IMG/VR virus record: IMGVR_UViG_3300010346_002895
DNA length: 64,000 nucleotides
Direction: 5' to 3' (one strand)
Source: an uncultured virus (IMG/VR IMGVR_UViG_3300010346_002895)
Taxonomy: Duplodnaviria > Heunggongvirae > Uroviricota > Caudoviricetes
In this document: positions 1-10,038 of the stretch, in pieces
Layout of the letters: every line of letters begins with the position of its first letter
How positions within the stretch are numbered: the first letter of the stretch is position 1
Translations under genes and position numbers: made by a program
The notes under the pieces: generated by a model
Told to the model about the DNA's origin: nothing
Databases searched by the model: none
The model's input: the letters and a program-made list of their open reading frames with translations, nothing else

Positions 1-97
1 CACAGACATGCCGCCTCAACGGCGTCAGCTTCGTTCCGTTCCTCCTCAAAGCTCTCCGTCATCATCTATGCAATTTTCAAGGTTCTGTGCTCTGTGA

Positions 98-1127
98 TAC
101 ACTTGTTTCACAAAGCTAAATGCTTACGACTATGGCATACGCGGCGAGGCTGAATCACTTATTGTGGAATTCGCCGAATCCATAGCTGATTGCGGTTCTC
201 CCGAACGACTGCCCGGAGTGATATTTCGCCAAGACGGATACACTGGTGTAAACGGTTTCGCACACATGATCGACGACTTGAATTCAATCCCTTTTCCCGA
301 TAAAACACTTTTTGATAAACACATCAGATTAGAAGATGACTATTTAATATCCACCTCCCGCGGCTGTCCTCACAATTGCTCTTACTGCTGCGGACACGCA
401 GTCAGGAATGCTTGCGGAAACGACCAGTACTGCCGCGTCAGAAGCGTTGAGAATTTGATCGAAGAACTGATATTGATGAAGTCAATCTATAAGTTTAGAG
501 AAGTGTTTTTCTGCAGCCCGACATTTCCGCATGATAAAGTTTGGCTTGAGGATTTTTCTCTGCGATACCGGAATGATGTGGGAGTTCCGTTCAGGTGTCA
601 TGCGCACGTCAATCATGTTGACCGCGACTATGTCCGGCTTATGAGCGAAGCCGGCTGCAAATCAATCGAGTTCGGCGTTCAAAGCGTCAATGAAACACTT
701 CGAAGAGACGTTCTCGGCCGCGCCGAATCAAATGAAACGATATACCGCGCGCTTAATCTCTGCGACTGCGAAGACATGCCGTGCGAAATCGGGCACATCT
801 TTCGGCTGCCCTATGAAACTGAAGATGATTACATCAGCGCCGTTCGTTTCTATTCACAGTTCACAAACATCCATCGGATAAAAACGTTCAATCTCACTTT
901 GTTTCCTTCCACGAGAATGCTTCAAATATGCCATGAAAAACATTTTGTCAGCCAAGACTTTATATCGGCAGTCGAGCGGGGGAGAAAGCGGAGATTATTT
1001 TCACTTCTCCAGCGTTAATTCTGCTGTGCCTGACTGGAAGACAAAAGCTTTCGGGCGCCTTTTACGTTTTCTTCCATTTGTCCCAATATCTCTGTCGTCT
1101 TCCTTCCTAAATCAGACAACCGTCTGA
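98..1127 (+). pseudogene. B12-binding radical SAM protein, disrupted
   Basis: CxxxCxxC motif (SRGCPHNCSYC) and 'DYGIRGEAE' upstream of the annotated start; in-frame TGA at 95-97; apparent frameshift at the G run near 978-982, continuing as ...GESGDYFHF in ORF 933..1127. Confidence 0.7.
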
Positions 1128-1521
1128 GAGCTTTAAGTATTCTTCCCTATTCACCGCAAAAATCATTGAGATGCTTCGACTAAATTCTCGTTCGGGACGC
1201 TCGCCTATCAACAATCTTAAGGACATATCTTGTGCATATCATTCGCTTCCTAACAAAAAGACGTTCCGCCTGACTCGCTTGACTTTATTGAAACATAGTC
1301 AACCGCCAGTTATTGCCTTAAGAAAGAGGAATGATTTCGGACCAACAGTAAGCCGACAATATCAACAATCTCGACCTGTTTGGTCAGAATTATTCATTTT
1401 CTGCCCTCGCGTTCTATCTTTGAACTCCATATATAAACCTTAAAAAAGTCGTAACACAAGCATAACACATAAAATCAAGGCCATAAATATGCTTATTATT
1501 ACTACAATATTTTGTTTTGAA

Positions 1522-1569
1522 GTCTGACTGGCAGTCAGAAGGTCGGGGGTTCGAATCCCCCTAGCTCCA
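1522..1569 (+). tRNA. 3' fragment of tRNA-Ala(GGC), att-site duplicate rather than a full gene
   Basis: Anticodon arm TCTGA-CTGGCAG-TCAGA, T arm GGGGG-TTCGAAT-CCCCC, acceptor 3' strand TAGCTCC-A with U70 (Ala G3:U70 identity); no D arm or 5' acceptor strand upstream. Confidence 0.85.
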
Positions 1570-1621
1570 TCGAAATATCCGCACAAACACTGGCTTTTTT
1601 AGATTCCCCTATTTCGCAAAC

Positions 1622-1653
1622 CCGGAATAAAGCGGGAACATATCGGGAACATA
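1622..1653 (+). repeat. Three 10-bp direct repeats at 11-bp period, putative integrase arm-type sites
   Basis: CCGGAATAAA (1622), CGGGAACATA (1633), CGGGAACATA (1644), about 50 bp from the tRNA fragment. Confidence 0.6.
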
Positions 1654-1762
1654 GGGCGTTTTCACATCGGTTGCGGAAGCGTCGCATTTGATCACTTTAT
1701 CATTTTAAGTATCTCGCGGGGAGTGGGGTCATAATGATAAAAAATGATATAATTTACGCTAT

Positions 1763-4700
1763 ATGAGAAAGTGCGATAGTCCTTTTATGACAAGAGTTCC
1801 CTTCAATTGGAAACGTTTCTGGTGCCCAAGAATCGGGCACATAAATTGCGGTGATGAGGGTTATCTGTACGATCCAGAATCGGAATACGCAATGTTTCAC
1901 CCAAGTGACGTTGTTCCTTTTGAAAAGATATCAGAAACCAAATGTCTTGTTTTACTCGGAGAGCCCGGGATAGGGAAAACAACAGCGGTTGAAAAAGAAA
2001 TAAACGCCCTTAAAGAAAGGGTCACAGATGATAAGATATTACATTTTCATTTAGGAGAATTTGGCAATGAAGAAAGGCTATTTAAGATTGTCTTTGAGGA
2101 CATTGCTTTTGTGAATTGGAGAAATGGGGCACACAATCTCCATTTATTTCTTGACAGTCTCGATGAATGTCTTATTCGCATTGATGTCTCTGCAAAGCTC
2201 ATAGAAAATGCCCTTCAAAGGAGCCCGATAGAAAGACTGTTTCTTCGAATCATCTGCAGAACAGCCGACTGGCCGAACAGCCTTGAAAACTCGTTGGGAA
2301 ATCTTTGGGGGGATGATTTTGTTGGGGTTTATGAATTAGCCCCACTTCGCCGAAAAGATGTGCATGAAGCGGCAAGTATTGAGTTGGGCGATGCGGATGC
2401 TTTTATGAAAGTGGTGGCAGAGAGGAATGTTGTCCCATTTGCGATCAAACCTGTCACATTAAAAATGCTACTTAACATTTTCAAAAATGACAATGCATTG
2501 CCATCGGCACAAGCGGATATTTATGAAAGAGGTTGTAGATCCCTTTGTGATGAATCCAATGAAAGCCGCCGTGATTCAAAAGATAGAAGGATACGAGGAA
2601 ACCTTGATGCGGATGAAAGAATGCTTGTAGCCATGCGTATAGCGGCGGCAACAGTTTTCTCTAACAGATACGCTGTTTGGACTGGACCTGATCACGGTGA
2701 CATCCCTAAAGAAGACATAACAATCTCTGAATTCCTGGGGAAGGAAGCTCTTGAGGGTTTAAACATTGACATAAGAAACGAAGTGATTTCAGAGACCCTG
2801 TCAACCGGACTTTTTACATCCCGCGGGGCCAATAGAATGGGCTTTGCCCATCATACTTATGCGGAATTCCTTGCAGCATGGTATTTACTTCGCCATGAAA
2901 TGGCAATGAAACAGATATCCTCTTTAATCGTGCATCCTGGTGATCCAGAAGGTAGAATTGTCCCTCAATTATATGGAGTAGCCTCATGGCTTGCAGAAGC
3001 GAATATCGAGACATTCAAAATGATATTGGAAAACGATCCAGAGATACTTCTAAGATGTGATTTGTCTCTCATAGAAGATAAGCATAAGGAAGAGTTAATA
3101 GAGCGTTTGTTGAATTTGCACGAGAGAAGGCTCCTTTTAGAATATGACTTCGACAACCACACACTGCTGCACCAAAGGCTGAAAAATCAACTCGGAAAAT
3201 TCATATTTGACAAAAGCAGGGCTGAAAATGTGAGAAATGCCTCAATGGATATCGTAAGAGCCTGCAATTTACAGACCCTTCTACCGGAATTGGCTGAATT
3301 GGCGCTCGATCAGACTGAGCCAATAGGTGTTCGTGTTCATGCTGCTGCCGTGCTTTGCCGGTGTGGCGATAAAGACATTAAATCAAAACTGAAGCCCCTT
3401 GCTTTAGGTGCTGCCGGTGACGATTCAAACGATGAACTCAAGGGCATTGGTCTTAAAGCTGTATGGCCTGAATCAATAACTGCCGAGGAATTATTTTCAG
3501 TCCTTACTTCTCCCCAAAATGAGCATTTAATAGGCCTTTACCATGTTTTCATTGATCGAGGCATAGCCGAGAATCTTAAAACCGACGATTTACCTGTTGC
3601 ATTAAAATGGGTGGAATCACAATTGCCAAACCATCATGCTATGAGTCGCTTCTCCGATCTTATCGATGCAATAATGTTAAAGGCATGGAATAATCTTGAA
3701 CATCCAGGAGTTCTCAAAAGTTTCGCTGAGGCAACATTTGCACGATTGAAGAACCATGACGGCATCGTAGGAAGACATGCCGCTCCCGATTTTGGAGAGG
3801 AGCTAAAAATTCATAATAACAGACGCCGTAATGTCCTAAACGAAATAATTCCGATTATTACAGCTGAAAGAAACTGTTTTTGGCTCGTGTGGGGCAGTAC
3901 GCCGATTTTATCGGGCACCGATTTGACTTGGCTGAGAGACAAATTTATAGATGAAACCGATAATAATCAGAAGGCAATTATAGCTCAAATGATGAGAACG
4001 GTTTTCAATCCCATGGAATGTGAGCACCAAAATATTATATTTGACATATACAAAACCGATCCAATTCTTGAAAGTCTCTTTTCTCCATTCTTCTATGTCG
4101 AACTTAACACTCCGTTAGCTGACGAAATGAAGAAAAATCACTATGAGATGAAAATGTTCGAAGAAGATAGGAAAGCTCCCCCTCTTACACCCCCTCCCAG
4201 GGAAAGGATTGCTGCAATATTGAACGAATGCGAAACCGGAAACATCAAAGCATGGTGGGCTTTGAAAAGAGAAATGACGCTTGAACCGAACAGTACCTAT
4301 TATGACGACGTAATTGAATCGGAAATGACAGACCTTCCAGGATGGAAAACATCAGATGACAATATAAAAGAAAGGATTCTGAATTCAGCCAAATTATATT
4401 TACAAGATTGTTCCCCTGAATCCGTAAAATGGCTCTACCAAGACAAATATTATTATCCTGCCCTCGCTGGCTACTGGGCACTGAGATTATTGCTTCAATG
4501 TGAACCTTCATATCTCGAAGCCTTGAAAGAGGATATTTGGAAAAAATGGGTCTCATCTGTCGTTGCATATCCGGCATGCAACGGCCCACTTGCTTATGGT
4601 GATAATCATAAGGTCTTGTTATCAAGGACCTACAAGGAAGCACCGGGTGAATTCATCGATATCCTAATGAATCTGATTGACACAGAAAATGGTAAGTTCG

Positions 4701-5980
4701 AACATATATTTATTATTCGCAAGACAGATATATGTTTAGATGAACGTTTAACAAAGGCTTTGATTGAGAAGATAGAAGCAGGTAAACTTAAACCTAATTG
4801 CATGAATAATATACTTGAAACGCTTTTAAGAAATAGAGCTGCGGGAGCACGGGAAAGCGCCGTAAAAATAATAAGTACAAATAAAAATTTGCCTCAAGAA
4901 GAAAAGATGCGGACTATTCACGCTGCGGCTTCATTAATGCTTTATTCTGAAGATGCAGGTTGGGAAATAGTTTGGCCGTTAATTCAAGAAGATGAAAATG
5001 TTGGAAAATCAATAATTACAAATATTGCTAGTGTTCACAACGAAGAACATACGAAAAGATTCCTTGTGAATCTTCCAGAAGAATATATTTCTATGCTCTA
5101 TTTATGGATTGTCAAAAAATACCCTTATGAAGAGGACCCTGATGAACAAGGAGCTCATGCAGTATCACATAGAGAGCAAATAGGAATGTTACGGGATTCA
5201 TTGCTGAACAATCTTGTAGCAAGAGGAACAGAAAAGTCGTGCAAGGAATTGCAGAGACTGTCAAACGAATTGCCTTCTTATGATTGGTTGAATCGCTTGG
5301 TGTTTAAGGCACAGAGAATAGCAAGGATTCAAACCTGGTTGCCCCCAAAACCCGCAGACATAATAAGGATCGCAGAAAGTGAACAGTCGCGTTTGGTTAG
5401 TAACGGAGAACAACTTCTCGATATATTAATAGAATCTTTGGAGCGTCTCGAACAAAAACTACAAGGCGAAACACCAGCTATGAGAGACCTTTGGAACGAG
5501 AAAGGACAATATACACCTAAAGATGAAAATGCATTATCTGATTATGTGAAACGACATTTAGACAATGATCTAAAAGGAGTGATAGTAAATAGAGAGGTTG
5601 AGATAAGAAATAATATGGGCGGACAACCTGGGGAACTTACCGACATTCATGTAGATGCAATAATTCATGGAAAGGAGCATGAAGTTCTTGAAAAGATTAA
5701 AGCAATCATTGAGGTTAAAGGTTGTTGGCATCAGGAGATAGAGACAGCAATGGAAACCCAACTGGTTAACAGATACTTGAAAGATAACCAATGTAACAAT
5801 GGCCTATATCTGATTGGATGGTTTATGTGTTCTCAATGGGATGAAGCTGATTATAGAAAAAACAATGTTCCCAAAATGGATATTGAAAATGCGAGAAAAC
5901 AATTTGCTTTACAAGCTATAAGTCTTTCAAAGGATGGTTTGATAATAAAAGCTTTTATATTGAATGCGGCATTAAGATGA
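1763..5980 (+). CDS. NACHT/STAND-like NTPase with helical repeats and a C-terminal PD-(D/E)XK-like nuclease; probable anti-phage protein
   Basis: Walker A LLGEPGIGKTT, Walker B LFLDSLDE, 'FAHHTYAEFLAA' winged-helix motif, C-terminal TDIHV...IIEVKG; AT-richer than the phage core. Confidence 0.8.
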   Translation: MRKCDSPFMTRVPFNWKRFWCPRIGHINCGDEGYLYDPESEYAMFHPSDVVPFEKISETKCLVLLGEPGIGKTTAVEKEINALKERVTDDKILHFHLGEFGNEERLFKIVFEDIAFVNWRNGAHNLHLFLDSLDECLIRIDVSAKLIENALQRSPIERLFLRIICRTADWPNSLENSLGNLWGDDFVGVYELAPLRRKDVHEAASIELGDADAFMKVVAERNVVPFAIKPVTLKMLLNIFKNDNALPSAQADIYERGCRSLCDESNESRRDSKDRRIRGNLDADERMLVAMRIAAATVFSNRYAVWTGPDHGDIPKEDITISEFLGKEALEGLNIDIRNEVISETLSTGLFTSRGANRMGFAHHTYAEFLAAWYLLRHEMAMKQISSLIVHPGDPEGRIVPQLYGVASWLAEANIETFKMILENDPEILLRCDLSLIEDKHKEELIERLLNLHERRLLLEYDFDNHTLLHQRLKNQLGKFIFDKSRAENVRNASMDIVRACNLQTLLPELAELALDQTEPIGVRVHAAAVLCRCGDKDIKSKLKPLALGAAGDDSNDELKGIGLKAVWPESITAEELFSVLTSPQNEHLIGLYHVFIDRGIAENLKTDDLPVALKWVESQLPNHHAMSRFSDLIDAIMLKAWNNLEHPGVLKSFAEATFARLKNHDGIVGRHAAPDFGEELKIHNNRRRNVLNEIIPIITAERNCFWLVWGSTPILSGTDLTWLRDKFIDETDNNQKAIIAQMMRTVFNPMECEHQNIIFDIYKTDPILESLFSPFFYVELNTPLADEMKKNHYEMKMFEEDRKAPPLTPPPRERIAAILNECETGNIKAWWALKREMTLEPNSTYYDDVIESEMTDLPGWKTSDDNIKERILNSAKLYLQDCSPESVKWLYQDKYYYPALAGYWALRLLLQCEPSYLEALKEDIWKKWVSSVVAYPACNGPLAYGDNHKVLLSRTYKEAPGEFIDILMNLIDTENGKFEHIFIIRKTDICLDERLTKALIEKIEAGKLKPNCMNNILETLLRNRAAGARESAVKIISTNKNLPQEEKMRTIHAAASLMLYSEDAGWEIVWPLIQEDENVGKSIITNIASVHNEEHTKRFLVNLPEEYISMLYLWIVKKYPYEEDPDEQGAHAVSHREQIGMLRDSLLNNLVARGTEKSCKELQRLSNELPSYDWLNRLVFKAQRIARIQTWLPPKPADIIRIAESEQSRLVSNGEQLLDILIESLERLEQKLQGETPAMRDLWNEKGQYTPKDENALSDYVKRHLDNDLKGVIVNREVEIRNNMGGQPGELTDIHVDAIIHGKEHEVLEKIKAIIEVKGCWHQEIETAMETQLVNRYLKDNQCNNGLYLIGWFMCSQWDEADYRKNNVPKMDIENARKQFALQAISLSKDGLIIKAFILNAALR

Positions 5981-5982
5981 TT

Positions 5983-7113
5983 TCAAATTGCTCGGAACAG
6001 TCTTGTCTTTTCCCCAAACATTAGATTGATATACGGTCTGCACAGCTTGACCGCGCGGTCGGGGAATTTGATGTAGTTCTTGTAGAGCGTGCCGGTCTGG
6101 CCGCGCCACTGGTGGACGTTGATGATGCTCTCGTCCGCGCCGGCCTCTTCCATCCGGCAGGCGAAGTCCTTTCGGAAGGTCTTCGCGGTAAACACGATTT
6201 TCGTCTCGGCGCTCAGGTTCCTGATCTGTCTTGCGACGGTGGTTTCGTTCAGGGGCAGTTCTCCGGTTATTCCCTCGTTATCGAGAAACACGATAATCTG
6301 CTGCGGCACGGCGATCTTGCGATACATCGGTCGCCCGGCCTTTTTCGTAACGAAGACCGTCCATGAGCATTTCTGGCGGTCAATGTGCTTCGCGTCGAGC
6401 CTGCAAATCTCCGATGGTCGCAGCCCGGTGCAGCGCGCCACCTCGATGAAAAGCCTCGCCGTCCGATATTCCGGCAAAGCCGCCGCCCGCATGATGACGT
6501 CCATTTCCACATCATCGAACCGCGGGTTTTCCGGCTCTTCCGGCATGAAGCGGTTTGCGTATCTTCGCATGAGACCGCTGAACGGATTGAACCCCGGCCA
6601 GTGCCTCTCATCTTTCAGCCAGGCGATCATGCCGGACGCCGTCGTGATAATGAGCCGGACTGTGTCATAGCCGTATGGATGATCTATCAGGCTCTCTATA
6701 AACTCTTGTGCCGTGAAATCGTTGATGTCCGTGATCGGGGCGTCGCCATAGTGGTCATAAAACTTCTTGCATAGATAATGGAATTTTCTTTTATTGCATC
6801 TCCGGTTCAGGCCGTGCCATTCCTCGTAAGCCTCCATCGCCTCGCGGCACGTTTTATAACGCCCCGTAGGCCGCGGGCCCTCCTCGTGCAGGTTCTGAAG
6901 AATGTTGAACACGGCCAGATGCGCCTTGTTCTGCACCTCGACCGGCTCTTCATGGAAGTCTTCTTTGGTCGGAAACAGCCCGGGCAGCCGTCTTTTCATC
7001 ACCTCTCCGTTATCGAGCTTCAGACGGACAGCGTACTGGTGCCCGTGCAAATAGTGGCCGATTTTTATAATTGAATACGCCACGATTTCCTTCTTCTCCA
7101 TGTCCATCGGCAT
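5983..7113 (-). CDS. int: Tyrosine integrase
   Basis: TGLRPSEI, KTFRKDFA and terminal ...QWRGQTGTLYKNY; close to the tRNA att site. Confidence 0.85.
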   Translation of the reverse strand: MPMDMEKKEIVAYSIIKIGHYLHGHQYAVRLKLDNGEVMKRRLPGLFPTKEDFHEEPVEVQNKAHLAVFNILQNLHEEGPRPTGRYKTCREAMEAYEEWHGLNRRCNKRKFHYLCKKFYDHYGDAPITDINDFTAQEFIESLIDHPYGYDTVRLIITTASGMIAWLKDERHWPGFNPFSGLMRRYANRFMPEEPENPRFDDVEMDVIMRAAALPEYRTARLFIEVARCTGLRPSEICRLDAKHIDRQKCSWTVFVTKKAGRPMYRKIAVPQQIIVFLDNEGITGELPLNETTVARQIRNLSAETKIVFTAKTFRKDFACRMEEAGADESIINVHQWRGQTGTLYKNYIKFPDRAVKLCRPYINLMFGEKTRLFRAI

Positions 7114-7234
7114 TCACCCCCTTTTTTGTCAGGGGTGAGGTTGCCTCTGAATCGGATTAACCTCAAGCTATTTCCGCATAATTCCCCGCAATTTATATCC
7201 TTCCAAACCCCGTCGGAGACCGTGAAATCCTCTC

Positions 7235-7466
7235 CTACCTGGTAAAGGCCTTTTTCAGGGGCTTGAGGCGACAGCTTCGCAAAAATAAATTTTCGCAGGC
7301 TGATTTGGGGATTCGGACAACCGCAAGAAAATTGCTAAAAAAGCAAGAAATAAAAGGCGTTTTTTGTTGTTGCAGCGGCTCCCCGAAACTTCAATTTTAA
7401 GGCCTCAAAAAAATATTTTCCCGAACCTGTCGCCTCAGCGCCTCAAAAAAGGCCTTTACCAGGTAG
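7235..7466. promoter_or_regulatory. Imperfect inverted repeat (arms ~7235-7300 and ~7401-7466) between divergent int and sigma-like genes
   Basis: CTACCTGGTAAAGGCCTTTTT (7235-7255) is the exact reverse complement of 7446-7466; similarity continues through TGAGGCGACAG. Confidence 0.8.
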
Positions 7467-7497
7467 AGGCACATGAAAACGAGAGGACGCGGCGACA

Positions 7498-8025
7498 ATG
7501 AAGACGAAAAACGAGTATCCGGACATACCTGAAAACATCGTGAGGCTTACGCGGGGCGCTGCCGGTGACATGCAGCGGAGCGGGCTGTTCGCCCCGGAAG
7601 ATAAAGAAGATCATGAACAGGAAATAATTCTTTATATCCTTAAAAAGACCGCCCGCATATCCAACATCGCCGAGCTTTCCGAGGACGATATCCGTGCCCT
7701 GATCGTCACATTCATTGAACACAAAAAACAGGAACTGATCCGGAAACAGGCTTTCCGCTCCAGCAGAGAAACGTATTTCCCGGAAATATTCGACAGGCTC
7801 ACAGACACTTCCGAACACAACACGGTTCTGAAAATGGATATGGAACGAGCCTGTGAAAAGCTCACCCCCCAGCAGAAACGAGTAGTTTCCATGCTCTATC
7901 ACGGGTTCGGGGTCACGGACATCGCTAAAAAGCTGCATATCACCCCGGCCGCAGTCAATTGTTACGTCCGTCGCATGAGAAAGGTTTTCAAAGGCGAAGG
8001 CCTGGATTCATATCTTCAAAACTGA
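7498..8025 (+). CDS. Sigma-70 region 4 / ECF-sigma-like regulator
   Basis: C-terminal 'KLTPQQKRVVSMLYHGFGVTDIAKKLHITPAAV' HTH; N-terminal region-2-like helix 'EDHEQEIILYIL'. Confidence 0.7.
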   Translation: MKTKNEYPDIPENIVRLTRGAAGDMQRSGLFAPEDKEDHEQEIILYILKKTARISNIAELSEDDIRALIVTFIEHKKQELIRKQAFRSSRETYFPEIFDRLTDTSEHNTVLKMDMERACEKLTPQQKRVVSMLYHGFGVTDIAKKLHITPAAVNCYVRRMRKVFKGEGLDSYLQN

Positions 8026-8042
8026 GAGGAGGTGAACTTTAA

Positions 8043-9152
8043 ATGGACCAGTCCAAAGAACCCGATACGCTCACGCACTCTGCGATGAAGGCGTTCCGCA
8101 CCCTCACATCCTGTGCGCTGAAAGCGTTACTCACGCTCACGTACTCCGCGCTGAAGGCATTCCGCAACTGCCGCCGGATGTATGACCTGCGATACAACCG
8201 CGGGCTTGTACCGCTCGACGATGACGATTCGCTCGCACTCGGCGCGATGTTCCACGCCTGCCTTGAACGCTGGTACAAACGCGCCGCGGATGCGCCGCTG
8301 GATCAGGTCGTCGCGGAAATTCTCGATTTCATTGACGGCTCATATCCCGACCGGCTCACCGATGACCGGCAACGCAAGAACTGGCATCTCGCCCGCGCGA
8401 TGTTCCTGGCGTACATAAAGAAATACCCATCCGAAGATTTCAACATCGTCGCCGTCGAGCAGGAGTTCAATGTGCCCATCGTCAATCCGGACACCGACTG
8501 CGCGAGCCGCACGTTCATTATGCGCGGCAAGGCGGACGCCGTGGTGGTCAAGGATGGGCAGTATTTCATTCTCGAACACAAGACGGCGTCGGCCATAGAC
8601 GGCGGCTACATCGAACGCCTGCCGATGGATTTTCAGGTCACGCTCTATTCCGACTACATCGGTCGTGACATGAACATCAAAGTGGCCGGGGTCATCTACA
8701 ACGTCGTCGCCAAGGCGCAGATAAAACAGGGCAAGGGCGAAACAGAGGAAGAGTTTGAAGACCGCAAAGCGGCATTGCTGGCGAAATCGAAGACGGGCAA
8801 GACCACTGCGTCCCGCAAGATGGCCGAATCCGACGAGGACTTCCAGGAGCGGCTTGCGGCCAAATACCGCGAGGACGGCATGTTCCACCGCGAACTCCTC
8901 TATTTCTACGCCGACCAGTTCGCGGCTCTTCATTCAGAGGTCTGGGAACTGACCCAGCAGCTTCTTCTCGCGCGACGCACGGGACGCTGGTATCAGAATC
9001 CCGATTTCTGTTTCCACTTCAACCGCCCGTGCGCCTACTTCCCGATCTGCCGATCAGGCGAAAATCCGAACGTCATCGAGAATCTTTTCCGGGTCGCGCC
9101 GCAGCACCCGGAGCTTGGAGAAACCGCGCCGGCGGATGCGCCGGTATTCTGA
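8043..9152 (+). CDS. PD-(D/E)XK nuclease (RecB/Cas4-like phage exonuclease)
   Basis: RGKADAV...ILEHKTA, Q-x-x-x-Y, one N-terminal plus three C-terminal Cys. Confidence 0.85.
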   Translation: MDQSKEPDTLTHSAMKAFRTLTSCALKALLTLTYSALKAFRNCRRMYDLRYNRGLVPLDDDDSLALGAMFHACLERWYKRAADAPLDQVVAEILDFIDGSYPDRLTDDRQRKNWHLARAMFLAYIKKYPSEDFNIVAVEQEFNVPIVNPDTDCASRTFIMRGKADAVVVKDGQYFILEHKTASAIDGGYIERLPMDFQVTLYSDYIGRDMNIKVAGVIYNVVAKAQIKQGKGETEEEFEDRKAALLAKSKTGKTTASRKMAESDEDFQERLAAKYREDGMFHRELLYFYADQFAALHSEVWELTQQLLLARRTGRWYQNPDFCFHFNRPCAYFPICRSGENPNVIENLFRVAPQHPELGETAPADAPVF

Positions 9153-9182
9153 GGCCGTAAAGGCCTGAAAGGAGATGCATCA

Positions 9183-10013
9183 ATGCCAATCACGCTACCC
9201 AAGGCGCCGACGCCGAAAAAGAACGATCTGCGCAGCCTGACCGTGCTTCTGCATGGCGGCAAGAAGATCGGGAAATCCAGCTTCTGCGCCGGTATGCCCA
9301 ACGTTGTGTTCGCGGCCACGGAGCCCGGTCTCGGCCAGCTCGAGGTGCACCAAGTACCGATCCAGTCCTGGCAGGACTTCATTGATTTCGGCAACGCGCT
9401 CGTCGAGGAGAAACACAACTTTCAGACGGTCGTCATCGACACGATCAACAACCTGTACTCGTTCGCCTGCCGCGCCGTGTGCGAGAAACACAAAGTCGAG
9501 TACGTCGGCGATTTCAAAGCCATCGGCAAAGGACACGTGCTCGCCAACAACCTGTTCTACGAGACGATGCTCAAGCTGGCGAACCTGCCGTTCGGGGTCT
9601 GGATGGTCGCCCACTCGGTGGAGAAAGAGATCGAAACCCGGACGGAGAAGTACCTCAAAGCCGTTCCGCAGCTTCCGGACAAGGCGTCGGGCCAGATTCT
9701 CGGCATGGCCGACCTGATCCTCTATGCCGACCTGCACGAGGAGCGCGACGAGAACGACAAGCCGCGTTTCCGGCGCGTTCTGCGCACCAAGCCGTCCAAA
9801 TACTTCGAGGCGGGCGACCGGAGCGGCCTGCTGCCGACGATCATCGATCTCGACTACGGAAAATTCGCGGAAGCTTACACAACCGCCGTCGCAACGCCGA
9901 AGGACACGCAACCGCAATCTGCAGTGGGCGCGAGACAACCCGCCGCCCCGAAAACGGGAGATGAAAAGCCGCCGACGGGCCAGAAATCACCCGCCGCGGC
10001 TCAGGGGAAGTAA
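9183..10013 (+). CDS. AAA_24 family ATP-binding protein (Sak4-like)
   Basis: HGGKKIGKSS, TVVIDTI; lies between exonuclease and DUF669. Confidence 0.8.
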   Translation: MPITLPKAPTPKKNDLRSLTVLLHGGKKIGKSSFCAGMPNVVFAATEPGLGQLEVHQVPIQSWQDFIDFGNALVEEKHNFQTVVIDTINNLYSFACRAVCEKHKVEYVGDFKAIGKGHVLANNLFYETMLKLANLPFGVWMVAHSVEKEIETRTEKYLKAVPQLPDKASGQILGMADLILYADLHEERDENDKPRFRRVLRTKPSKYFEAGDRSGLLPTIIDLDYGKFAEAYTTAVATPKDTQPQSAVGARQPAAPKTGDEKPPTGQKSPAAAQGK

Positions 10014-10038
10014 TTCACCGGCAATAAAAATCTGACGA

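Noticed and set aside
1171..1443. 90-aa ORF
   Set aside because: No motifs; probably residue of the decayed radical SAM locus
1500..1572. Complete tRNA gene
   Set aside because: The 5' acceptor strand and D arm are missing; only the 3' half is present
8043..9152. Cas4 of a CRISPR-Cas system
   Set aside because: No cas1/cas2 or array; it sits in a standard exonuclease-AAA-DUF669 recombination module
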